Positions 9,365 through 20,900 of a DNA stretch of 64,000 nucleotides are shown piece by piece. Source of the DNA: Salisapilia sapeloensis CBS 127946 (lineage: Eukaryota; Protista; Oomycota); contig JAADVB010000013.1 of NCBI GenBank assembly GCA_023334545.1, positions 62,001 through 126,000 of the forward strand, read 5' to 3'. The notes beneath the pieces were generated by a model that did no database searches, was not told where the DNA came from, and saw nothing but the letters and a program-made list of their open reading frames with translations. Position numbers and translations under genes: made by a program. Position 1 is the first letter of the stretch. Each line of letters opens with the position of its first letter.

Positions 9365-10530
9365 ATGGCTCGAAGTGCTGCAAATGCGCTGTCAAATATC
9401 ATGAAAGTAATCGAAGTCGGAGAGAGAGATGCTCGGGAAATCAAGATCGATGATGTTATGAAGAACCCGATCTCGTGTGGCTATCTACTGGACTATTGCC
9501 AACGAAGTGTACGTAGCAAGCGCTTTGTTAAAGTCTATTTGATTTTTGATTGTATGACTCCGTAGTACTGCGCGGAGAATTTAAATTTCTTCATGGCCGT
9601 GGATAAATTCAAGGACGAGTGTGCGCTTTTAGACTTCCGTGAACCGGAAGCTGTGAAAACGGTGAAAGAGATGGCTGATAAGATTTTTTCCGACTATTTG
9701 TCGTTAAACTCTCCGAATGAAGTGAGTTTGCCATCGGAAGACAGAGATGTCACGATGAAGAGAATGGAAAGCCCGGGAGAGTGGAAAGGAAGACTTTTCG
9801 ATGCAGCTCTACAAGACGCGATCAAGACGTTGCACAAAGATACACTCATGCGATTTATCAAGTCACCTCAGTACAGTGAGATGGCGACCACTGTTCGAAG
9901 GGTGACTGAAATGATCAAGAACAAAGAGCTGGAGACGGAAGGAGCTTTCCAGTTAGAAATGCCACGGTCAACAGAACTGACGGAAGATAAAATCATGAAT
10001 GGCGGTAACGACTATTCACTGGATGAGATTCTAAGTGACTGCATCTTATTCCCAGAGATGCTGGACTACCTTGAAAAGAGTATGCAAAGCCAATTCTTCT
10101 AAAGCTAACGATAGTTGCTGATTTAATGCATGCAGAGTTTAAAGCGGAGAACCTCAAATGTGCTCGTCAAATCCGGAGATTCGAAGAGCTATGGAAGGAA
10201 AAGAAAGAGGAAGACTTAAAAGAGTTCTCATGGAACATCTATCTCTTCTTCATTGCCCCCAACTCGCCATTTGAAGTGTCCTGCACGAGTCTTGACAGAA
10301 AGTCTGTGCAACAGGGTCTTGGCTGTCCAAATCGTACCATGTTTAAACCGGTGATGGACAACACGATGTTGGTGCTGAAGCAGGATCACAAAGCGTTTTG
10401 CAATCAGATCAATCCAAAGAGTTTACGAGACAAGTTGCGCCATTTCAAGCGTAAAGGGTCTGTGAGTGGGGGCGGATTGACATCAATGGCGAAAGGAAGT
10501 GGTCTCATGTCTTTCTTTGCGCGCAAATAG
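9365..10530 (+). CDS. Protein with two RGS (regulator of G-protein signalling) domains, 3 exons
   Basis: Introns 9509..9565 and 10080..10135 join the ORFs in frame. RGS signatures YCAENLNFFMAVDKF...IFSDYLSLNSPNEVSL...LFDAA...LHKDTLMRFIKS and FKAENLKC...IYLFFIAPNSPFEVS. Confidence 0.85.
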
Positions 10531-10660
10531 AAGCTGGGAGTACGGAAAGCAAGTAGACGAGGTAGCTTCAACGATGTCGTGAGGGCTCCTTTCATTAAAC
10601 ACGCATTTCATTACTATTAAACTCGATCGTTCATTCCGTTTGGTTTCAGATGCAGTTTTG

Positions 10661-12496
10661 TCAAATGACCCCACTTTTAGCATTTTCTGCAGTGCATTTC
10701 TCTCTTGTCGCTTCCTTTATTTCGTACAATTCGCACAGTAAACGTCTCACTTCCAACAAGGTCTTATTAGAATGTTGTCCATTGCGACTAGCGATTTCCT
10801 TCTCAAGAAGAGAGCAAGTTAGATGGACTGCCTGGATCTTTTCATCTAGTGATGAATTACGGACTGTCGTCTCTGAGAAATCCGTACACATGGATATTAA
10901 GGGCGGAGCATGACTCTCAGCGTGTGAATCTGGTGGTGAAGGAGGAATTGACATGCTGATAAAGTTGTCATTGGTCAAGTGAGCTGCTGTCGGGACAGGA
11001 CAGACAGAAACTTGAAGCAAAATGTCTACCATTTCCCTAGAAAAGCTTTTCCGTAAAAGTCGAAGCACACCCAGAAAATCTGCGTGTCTCGTGTCTTCTG
11101 CAAGCCAATCAGGCTTATAGCCAAGAATGCTGCAAGCGTTAACGCCAACATTGGATTCATCGAAAGATGTGACGACCCAGTGTTTATCGACAGCATGCCA
11201 CGCGCTTACAATCCACTTGATCGTCGTTACCACGTTTCGAGCGTAGATCGATTCATTTGGCTTGCCGAGAATTTTGATATCTAAAGCATTTCCAAAGTGC
11301 TTTAAATAATAATTCCGCTTGAACGTCGTCTCGATACTGGATGAAATTGGATCACGAGCATGAGTAGTAGGCAGATGAGTAAGTTCAATGAACGACAAAG
11401 CAAGACCTTCGGTCACAAAGTTCCACTGTCGAGGAAGGCACAGCAGGACTTTGTTTCCTCGATGTGCCATGGAGTCATTAAATCGCCGAAGCCACGCCCG
11501 AAACGTGACTGGGGTCAAGACTCCCTCTCGGTTGGATTCAACCGTGTCCACACCAAGCCTTTCCAACGTCTTAGCATCGAGTACAGGCGGCTGAATGCCT
11601 TCGTATACGATAGCAGGAGGCGCGTGAATGGAAGCGTCTGCGTTGCAGCATAGTAGAACCGTTATACTGGTGTGTGCGGAGCTTTCCACCGTCGGATTGA
11701 CAGCGTAAAAGATCGATACGTCTTTCAAAGCAAACACATTCTCAGGTGCGTATGGTCTTGTCTTGGCATGTAGAATGGATATTTCTCCCTGAATTGTCGC
11801 AAGCGAGGTAGGTGTACTTGTCGCTTGCCTCGAGTCAACTTGTTTCCTATCATGACCGAAGATACCAAGTTTCTGTAGCAATTTTCGCGCTTGTGTCGGA
11901 GTAAATACTACATCGTTTTCGTACCCAAGCAACGAAATGAATTCCTGTGCCTTGATGGCTATAGAGGAAGGTGTCACTAAACTTGGCTTCGGTTGACTTA
12001 GAGTCCAATTTGAAAGAACGACGGCCAATCGATCGTCAGGTGAACCCTTTCGGCTGCGTCCACACTTCTTGACGATACCCATGCGCTTTTTAAAGCCATA
12101 AAGCCATCCGTTCGAAAACGACAAGCTCTTCTGTTGATCATAACCTAGCTCCGTCGCGAGTCTCTGTCCTTCCCTTCGAATCGCCGTCTCAGTAATATCG
12201 ACACCAGCTTCTCGCTGTCGTTCGACCCACTTACATAATCCGTCCTCAATCTCAGGGTGAGAGAAGACACGCTTCTTTTTCAAGGACAGATCACGTTCTT
12301 TCGATCGTAAGAAGATTTCCTTCTTGCGTAATAGATTCGAAATTGAGCCTTGAGAGGGTGGTTTGGGCAAGTTAAATTCCTTGGCAGCCCATAGCCCCAG
12401 TTCGACCTGTCCTAACTTTGGCTTCTCTTCATGACGTAGACAAATCTTTTTCTTCTGTTCAATCGTGAGCGTCGCATAAATGCGTTTCGTGTCCAT
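10661..12496 (-). CDS. CENP-B/Abp1-like pogo (Tc5) transposase-derived DNA-binding protein with a degenerate DDE_1 domain
   Basis: N-terminal Abp1/psq-type HTH (LTIEQKKKIC...KEFNLPKPPSQGSISNLL), Tc5 HTH (EIEDGLCKWV...FSNGWLYGFKKR) and DDE_1 scaffold (ITVLLCCNADAS; FRAWLRRFN; KVLLCL). Catalytic positions appear substituted. Confidence 0.88.
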   Translation of the reverse strand: MDTKRIYATLTIEQKKKICLRHEEKPKLGQVELGLWAAKEFNLPKPPSQGSISNLLRKKEIFLRSKERDLSLKKKRVFSHPEIEDGLCKWVERQREAGVDITETAIRREGQRLATELGYDQQKSLSFSNGWLYGFKKRMGIVKKCGRSRKGSPDDRLAVVLSNWTLSQPKPSLVTPSSIAIKAQEFISLLGYENDVVFTPTQARKLLQKLGIFGHDRKQVDSRQATSTPTSLATIQGEISILHAKTRPYAPENVFALKDVSIFYAVNPTVESSAHTSITVLLCCNADASIHAPPAIVYEGIQPPVLDAKTLERLGVDTVESNREGVLTPVTFRAWLRRFNDSMAHRGNKVLLCLPRQWNFVTEGLALSFIELTHLPTTHARDPISSSIETTFKRNYYLKHFGNALDIKILGKPNESIYARNVVTTIKWIVSAWHAVDKHWVVTSFDESNVGVNACSILGYKPDWLAEDTRHADFLGVLRLLRKSFSREMVDILLQVSVCPVPTAAHLTNDNFISMSIPPSPPDSHAESHAPPLISMCTDFSETTVRNSSLDEKIQAVHLTCSLLEKEIASRNGQHSNKTLLEVRRLLCELYEIKEATREKCTAENAKSGVI

Positions 12497-12789
12497 AGTC
12501 TTACTCTTCTGTTCCCTCTCAGCAGTACAAGTATCAAAGAGGTTCTGTGTGTGCTATCTGTAGGACAATGGGATGAGGAACTATCGAGCTACGATCTAGC
12601 AAGGACAGACGAGAAACAATCGAACAAAAACACAAAATGGAATGTCCTCAAGCGGTACATGTATGGCACAGGTACTAGAAGTGGATCCCGAGTCGATCGG
12701 CAAAGCGTGCATTGGTTTATTGTGTTTCCTTCCGATCTCTCTTGACTAGTGACTCTCGTCGGTGCATCTGATAAAGCGTCAAGAGAAAC

Positions 12790-15700
12790 TTAAAGGTCAG
12801 CCATTTCGTCCGGCCTTTCATTCGGATTCACAAGTCCCGGGACTGCCAGCTTCGCCGCCATGTCCTGCTGCTCCTCCTGCTGATTCTGAGCCTGCGTCTC
12901 CTCCATGAACAATTCCGAGTTATCTTCGCCAGCAAACTCCTTGACATTCACTAAAAAGTCACGCAAGTGTTTCTTGAACGTTGCCAAGTCCTTGGACATG
13001 TCAAAGCACCCGACAACAAATTCCACCACTTGTGCTCGCGAGAGATTCGGGAACGACGTGCTGATCAGATTCGCGACATAGTCTTTCAAAAACGCAGAGT
13101 TCGTCTGATTCGGAGGCTGCGGGCCGGCATTCGGTACGTTTTCCCACAACGGCACCGTCACGCGTCCTTCCTCGACGATCTGGAACATGTGCCGCAAGAT
13201 CGCAGCATGGAGCTTAAACCCGAACTTGTGCAGTCTGTCAGTGAGGACGACGAGGATATCTTGCAGCAAGAGTAGGTAGAAAGAGCTGTAGAAGCCACTG
13301 GCAACCTGCGGGTTCTCCTGGACGTTGAGCAACAACGAAAAGAGCGTCGCGAGACCAGTGTCCGATACATTCCGCTCCGTGTGCTTGAACGCCCAGATGA
13401 TGCTGTCGACCACGAGCTTCTGGTGTTCCTGCGGGATGCCGAACAAGGCGTCAAAGCAAAAGTCGTTCACTGCCTGCAGCAGTTTGAAAAAGTTCACACG
13501 ATGCTCGGGGTAGTCCTCAAAGTTCTTCGTGATCATTTGAAGCGTGCACTCGAGCACTGCCTCCAGCACCCACGGGACGCTCTGTGCAATCGCGTGCTTG
13601 AGCTTATTGATGCATGTCGCCAAGAGGCTCAGGACCTCTGGTTCCTTGGCAGGAGGAACCGTCTGCTGGTAGTCCTTTAAAATAGCTTCGAGCATCCCTG
13701 GCAAGAAGTGGTTCGCGACCATCTGACGACTCTCCTCCGTCGCAGCAGACTGCTCGACGAACGCATCGAGGACGCGCAGACTCTCCCGCTTGACACTACG
13801 TAGCGATCGGACTTCCGCCGACCGGACAGCAATCTCTCCTCCTTGCTCCACCATCTGACTAATGCGCTGAGAGTACGCCGTGTAGACGCCGAGCATGTCC
13901 TGGAAGATGAAGCCCATCTGCTTATTGAATCCATGCGGACCAACAGCCTTGCAGACGCGAGCGTTGGTGCGAAGGATCTTGACAATCTCCTTGACGCCCT
14001 GCGCGTCGTACAGGATGTTTACGTTCTGGGAAGCAGACGCCATGACACTCTTCCACGACTCGTTCGGGAGCTTCATCAGTCGTTCGACCAAGAACTCCTT
14101 TCGTTGCAGATTCGGCTCCGACGCAATCATCGCCGCGACAGCTTCACAGAACGTATGCACTTGGTGTGTCTCCAAGTCCGAGACGATGCGTGGGAAGTCA
14201 TCAAGCAATTCATCGACGAACGGACGAGCTTCCGACGCTTGCGTCGTCACGAACTTCTTTCGGCACTTTTGTGCAATCTTGAGGAACGTATCGCATGCCA
14301 TGTCCTGTACGCCCGGATGGAGCTCATGCATGAACTCAAAGAGTTTGTTGACGACCGTACGCAGGAATTTCCAATGCGCACGGAGGAAACGAGGGTACTG
14401 TCCGACGACGTACATGATGTTACTGGCCACGACAGCCTTATTGTCCTTCCCGCGCTTCATCTCGCACAGACCGAGAAGATCTTTGATGACTGTCACGAGG
14501 AAGCGCTTTTCGTTGTCCTCGTTCATGGCGCCAGAGATAGATCCGATGGCCCAGCACAATGTGTTCAGATTATTCCACGACCACTCCGTGCCTTCCACCT
14601 GCGCTGTCAGTTTCTCCAGCATAATTGTCTCCGTATCATCATAGTTGAGATGCGTCAAGTACACGAGCGTCTCGTGCATCGTCTTGTACATGGACAAGGC
14701 TTCCGTGTCCTTGGTCGTCTCTCGAACGATCTCTCCGTTCTCATCTTCCACGATCAGCACTTCCTGCGGTTTCACCATCTTGGAGATCATCACATGGCGC
14801 ACTCGTGTGAGGACTGGTTCGACCAACTGGCGTCGAGATGTGCTGTTGCCTTGGAAACCTGCGAGCGCTGACTGTTCGCTCTGGAATTCACTGTACAGTT
14901 CTTTCGTGAAGAAATGCCAATAGTCCAGACAGATCTTAAAGATGCCGTCGTCATCCACTTCTGAGATCGTCACGAGGTACCAGCATCCAGCTAAAAGAGC
15001 TTGATGCGCTTCGTCCCCTGGACGCTGGATGTGGCGTCCGACGACGTTGAAGTGGTAGCGGAAGAAGGAGGTGAAGAAGAGACTTAGGCGCTGGACAAAG
15101 ATCTCGTCCTGGTCGTAATACGGCTCGAACGAGTTGCCAGGGACGATGATGCGACCCACTTCCGTCAAGACGTTGGCGTAGAGACGGTAGTAGACTGGGT
15201 CATACTGCTCCGGTACGTCACGCAGCTGAGCGATTTCACTGAGACACGAGATGGTGTCGTTACGGAAGTGGTTGGTGTTAAGGAACTTTGTCGTCAGGAT
15301 GTTAATGAGATCTGTCTCGAAGATGTAGCCGAGTGGGATCCAGGAGAGGAAACGCAGAAGCGTCTGTAGCGTGATGGTGAGCAACGGCGGGTGGCTGGAC
15401 TTGGTCAAGACGAACTCACAGAGCTGGTAGATCTGCGCGAATTCCGTGTTGAGCGACTGCTTGAGCGACTTGGTTTTCTGTTCCGTCATCTGGTCCTTGG
15501 AAAAGTCAAACACTTCTTCACTCAAGAGCTTGAGGATCGTCATGTTATTCTCACACAAGACTTCGGACGATTTGCTCGAGTTGACAATGTCCGAAATAAA
15601 GGACGGCCAGTTCTGCGGCCATTCGTGCTTGAGGATCTGGACGAGCACGAGGTCCATCTTGTGGACAAACACACGCTCTTGACGCAGTGTGTTCTCATCG

Positions 15701-16151
15701 GCCGACATCTACACCTCATGTTAAGAAAAGGTTGTATATGAGTTGTAAGGAGATGGTCGTACCGTCAGAACTTTGTTGACAATGTAGCTTTTGATCCCTT
15801 CTCGCTGATCCTTTGGCAAGACCTTCCATCTGTAGCGAATCGCGTCCTCCAGAATCTGTTATGACAACCAAGTACGTTTAATATGCGTCGTGTCGATTTA
15901 ATATTGAGATCAAAAAAGATGTATGGACATACCTGTAGGCCAAAGAACTTGGTCTGTGGCGTCGAGGCTTTTTCCAAAATGTCCGAGGCTCGTGTCCAAG
16001 CATCTTGGTGCTCCTGGAGCGCGACCATGATCTGGTTGGCGACCCGCTGGTGGGGGCTCTTTGGGTCGTTCATGCATTGCACCACTTGCTCAAGCGCCTG
16101 GACGTCAAAGGGCTGTGAAAAGTCCAATAGTCGATTGCCAACGTCTTCCAT
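12790..16151 (-). CDS. XPO1: Exportin-1 (CRM1), 3 exons
   Basis: IBN_N region ([10 protein letters not shown]...[13 protein letters not shown]...TKFFGLQ), [89 protein letters not shown]. Two short introns near 15933 and 15765. Confidence 0.97.
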
Positions 16152-16584
16152 TTGGACTACACTCTGGCTTTTTCACGTCTTTTCTTTCTTCGTTTCAATG
16201 CCACTCAAACGTAGGCGAGGGAAATGACAGACGGTAGCAAGTACCTTGAATAATCACTAGAGGGTCGTCGAAAGATTCGTTTGTCAAGTTAACGGAAGAG
16301 CTAGCACACGCGATACAGGTTGATCGTCGCGCGTATATGCTTGCAAACCAAAACTTCGTCTGCTTGAGTTCTTCGACGTAGATGGATATCATGTGGTCCA
16401 CACTAGCTATCTGACGCCATACGCTCCAGGCTACTTAAGCGCTACTTTCTCGCTGCTTGGGTCTCCACCAATCCACGTGCGTTCAGGACTGATGACGACT
16501 TCGAAGACATTTGTTGACTCAACTCGTTCAGTTTTATCGCACGCGAATTAGTTCATTCGTCTTTTTCGTCTCAAGTACGCAGCG

Positions 16585-17707
16585 ATGAGTGAATTAGCTA
16601 AAGATGAGAATGCTACCGTGTTCAAGAACAAGGAAGGTGAGGAAGTGATCGGTTATGAACCTCCGGCCTACTTTGGCAAGGACTCCAAGTTACCACCGTG
16701 GCTCCAGTCTGCTCTCATGGATCTCTGGTTCTTCGTCACGATCCACTACAACTTCTATCAAGCCGTTGCGCTCTACATGTTCTACTGTATGTACCAGGTA
16801 TGCTTTCGACCGTATCACACCGCCCCCTATGTTTTTCTTATTCCCAATTGTCTAGTCTGGATATGGACTTGTCGCCATTGCGCTCATTGCGCTCTATGTT
16901 CCCTACTTCTTTAATGGCAAGCAGTACACGGGTAACGGTGACCAATGGGAAGCTCTACGACGAATGGAGCTGTGGAATGTTTGGGCCAACTACCTCAAGC
17001 TGGAGCTCGTGCGAGAGGAGCCTCTCGACAGCAGTCGCAAGCACATATTTGGATACCATCCGCACGGTATTATCATCTTATCCAGAATTGCTACCTATGG
17101 TGGTGTGTGGGAAAAGCTTTTCCCAGGCATCCCCACACGTGTGCTTGGTGCGACGCCTGTGTTCTACGTTCCTGGCGGCCGTGAAATCTCTCTATGGCTT
17201 GGAGCAGTGGATGCTGGAAAATCTACGGCGAACAAAGTACTCAAGAGTGGCAACGCCATGACCGTGTACCCTGGTGGCATCCGTGAAATGTTCCATGTCG
17301 ACCCGAAATCGAAAGAGAACCGCATCGTCCTCCAAACGCGCTTTGGCTTTATCAAGTTGGCGCTACGTCACGGTGCTGACCTCGTCCCGACCTTTGTGTT
17401 CGGCGAGAAATGGGCGTACAGTGTATGGAACCCACCAAAGGCTCTGCGAGACTTTGTCCTCAAGTACCTGCAGATGCCATTGACGGTCTTCTGGGGTCGC
17501 ATCGGTTGGGTGCCGCACCGTCCGGCTGAAGGCAAAAGGTTTGGCATTGTCTACGGCAAGTCGATCAAGGTGGAGCAAGTGGAAGAACCAACCGAAGAAC
17601 AAGTCAAGGAACTACATGCCAAGTACGTGACCGAGGTCAAGAGACTATTCGAAACGTACAAGAAGCGTTTCGGATATGATGACGATGAATCGCTTGTCAT
17701 TGTATAA
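16585..17707 (+). CDS. DGAT2/MOGAT-family acyltransferase, 2 exons
   Basis: Intron 16798..16855 joins the 16585 exon to the 16964 frame. Motifs GYHPHG, VYPGG.REMF, RFGFIKLALRHGADLVPTFVFGE and YGKSI. Hydrophobic N-terminal transmembrane segment. Confidence 0.92.
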
Positions 17708-17913
17708 AGCCGCTAGATACATAAGAAAGCAATTCAAGTTAGATTGATGCTGACGAAGGTGTTGATTCGATACTTGCTTCTTTCTATCTACTCGAGACGT
17801 TTCGCGACGGGGATGGAAATAACCAACCTGCTCATCGTTTGAAGCTATTTTTACCTCGTTGATGCTTGTCATCTCTTCCTGCGTCAAAAGGACAAGCAGG
17901 TCTACTTGTACGA

Positions 17914-20900
17914 ATGGCCTTTGCTACCAAGCACGACTCACTTCGACATGCAAAAGTAGCCACATCTCGTACTTCCAACGGCGTGTTCGACAACGTTGAT
18001 GACCTCTACGATACCAATGCCTTTGAGGACGATGGCGATCCTGCATGCAATGAAATTGAGGATAAGAAACTTAGTAGCAAGAGCGGGAAGTCTGTGAAAA
18101 CACAGGCTTCGGTGGCGAACGGGCCGAGTCGAAACAAGTCAGTCTTTGATGTGTGGGTGAATCGGAAAGACAAGTACGAGCGGACGGTGGATGCATTGCA
18201 TCAACTTGACATTAATCGAGCTGCTGACGATGCGCAATGGTTTGAAGTGGCGGTGTGCCTTGCAGCAACTGATTGTGCAGTGAAGATTGGGAGGATACCA
18301 GAGTGTGATTGTCCAGGTATCTGTCGAGACAGATCGCATGCTGTTGTGAGACAGCGTACTCGTTGTCAATGTCCAGCAAAGAAATGTGCTATTTGCAATC
18401 GATGCATTAATACCACTCCAGGAAGTATTACAGACAAGATGCTGGAAGCGATAGCTCCATATGCACCTGCTAATATTCAATTAGCCAACGCGAATCCACA
18501 GCAAGTGTTGGAACTCGCTTCGCACATTATTCGATTAGGTGAAGGCCGCTACTTGGAAGGCAGCAAGATATGCAGCGCAGTCCTGCGTATGGCGAATCTC
18601 ATTCTGCAGCAGTGCAGCGTCCGGACAAATGAGAATGGCAAGCCAATTCAGCGTCCGTGCAACTGTCCATTGCGGTCACTAGCTGAAGCTTGGACGAAAT
18701 GGTCGACGAATTACCACACGTTCGCCCAGGCCAAGCTTACGAAAGCAGAAGCGGATCAATTTTCCTCTGGAACGAAGCAAATGATGGACTATGATGAATC
18801 AACGCAGACGTATTACATGACACTTAAGTGGCATCGAGCTGCGAAACCTCAGAAAGGAGACACAGCTAAAATTGCTGCGAGGAGAGCCTTGACGGCTGAC
18901 CAGAAAAAACAGAACGCTCTCTTTCTTAAGCTATGTAAGCGGTCATGGGCACAAGCTCAAGAACGTGTAGCCGAATTACTCCAGCAACGCTTATCAAAGC
19001 TTACAGACGCAGATGAAGAAGACAACCAAGGCTCGAGTAAGCCAACGCGAAGTGAAATCGAAATGCAAGTGCTACATCGAATTGGCATTCGCCGACTACT
19101 TCAGTGGGTCGAAGAGGATCGAGAGACGATCGCGAATCAAAAGCAGGAAGAGCAACGCGACAAGCTCGAAGGCGGAGTGGTTGCACATCGAGCGTGGGCG
19201 AATCGGAAAGATCGACTGCGTGTCCGACTTCCAGACCAGGAGGCACTGCCTGGCACAAAGCAGAAACCTTCAAAGTCTCGGTTTGACTTTTCGACTGGTA
19301 AAGGTGTAGTGCGTCCAAAGAAGGTTGATTTTCCATCTACTACCGTGGAAATCATGCAGAATAGTGGCCTGAAGTATGTTCATGCCATGAACGAAGGCTT
19401 TCAAGGTCGTGGTGGTGATTTGGAAAAGTGTCGTGAGCTCTTAAAGAAGAAAGGGTATCTGCGTGGAGGGAAGAACAATGACGCAAAAGGTAACGAAAGG
19501 ACGACTAAGCAAGATCGGGAACAGCTTCGGAAGTTGCAATATGAGGCTTGGATTACGCATAAAGCACTTGAGGATAAAGCTGTCAAGTTCATGCAGCACA
19601 TTCCAAAGCCGTTAGACATGAGCAATGTAGAAACGCTCGAACATAGTGTTTCGAATCTTGTCGAAAAGAGGTGGGAAGACGTTGGTAGAGCTTTGAAGGC
19701 AGTCGATCGTGGACTTCTGGAGACATGGATCAGTTGGACAGATGGGTACCATGGCGCTGGACGATGCCGAATGCTGTGGGAGAGTTTTCCACCGATTGCA
19801 TGCGATGTGCATTGTACATCTTCTCCGATCCGAGATGTGTTTCTTAAGCTAATCCACCGTCAGAACACGGATTACAAAGCTGCGTTCATGGAACATTGCA
19901 GCTATAAAGTCCGAAAGGCTATTGCACGAGGTGAAGAGGAGCTTGAGGACATGACCGAAGAGGAGCAAGCAGAACGATTTGCCAAGATGACCCCAGTGGA
20001 ATTTGTCCGCTTGCTTCGTGATCTTGGCATTGTGCTACAGACAGAAGAGGCAAGTCGGATGGCTACGTATTTTGACACGGATGGGGACGGGTCTATTAGC
20101 ATGACCGAGTTCTTACAAGTGGTTGGAGACTTTCGCCACAGTGATTGCGTTGGGGATACCGACGTACTACTGAAAAACGTGTGTGCATGGGAAACTGTTT
20201 GCCATGAATGCGGTATGTTAAATGCCTTTCAGCTAACTGCAGGCACGACGTCTTCAAGCTCTGTTCGTATGAGATGTGAGCTGCCTGGTCATGCAAAGCG
20301 GAGAGCGCTCTTTCCAAAGAGGTTTCCATGTCATCCAGAGGCGGATCTACACCATGTGAAAGAGATTGCGCCAGACAGATGCAGCTACGCAAAGTGGACA
20401 AATGACAAGGCCATTCCGTTTTTAAAGCAACTTGAAATTTGGTCCGCTGAAGCTCGAGAGCAGCTATCCTTGCATAACATGGTCGAAAGTGGTCGGTCGC
20501 CAGCGGCGCCAACTCTATTTCGAGATGAAGATGATAGTTTGGACCCAACGACTTCACTTTATCTGCGTTGGAGTCCGGCGAAAGTAGATGGTTTTAACGG
20601 CGCTGCTTTCTACATCCTCGAAAGCATGGGCGCAGAAGGATCCACAACGTTTCGCAATAACGAGTATAAGGAGATCTATCGAGACCCTAAAGACTATCTG
20701 GACAATGATGGCAAGCCTCGATATAAATTTGTTGTTCGAGGGCTTCAACCAAGCACAAAGTATGGTTTCCGACTGCGCGCTTTCAATGGCTTTGGTGCTA
20801 GTCCGTATACCATTGGATACTACTTTACGAACCCAGCAACTCCACCTGCACCGTCCATTTTAGCAACAACAGCGAACAGCATTACCGTTGGATGGGAGAC

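Noticed and set aside
13843-14871. Long plus-strand ORF (342 aa) and other long antisense ORFs within CRM1, eRF3 and elicitin-like genes
   Set aside because: They lie fully antisense to conserved genes with strong codon bias and show no recognisable motifs.
16195-16401. 68-aa minus-strand ORF upstream of CRM1
   Set aside because: No motif, non-ATG start, and it most likely lies in the CRM1 5' UTR or leader intron.
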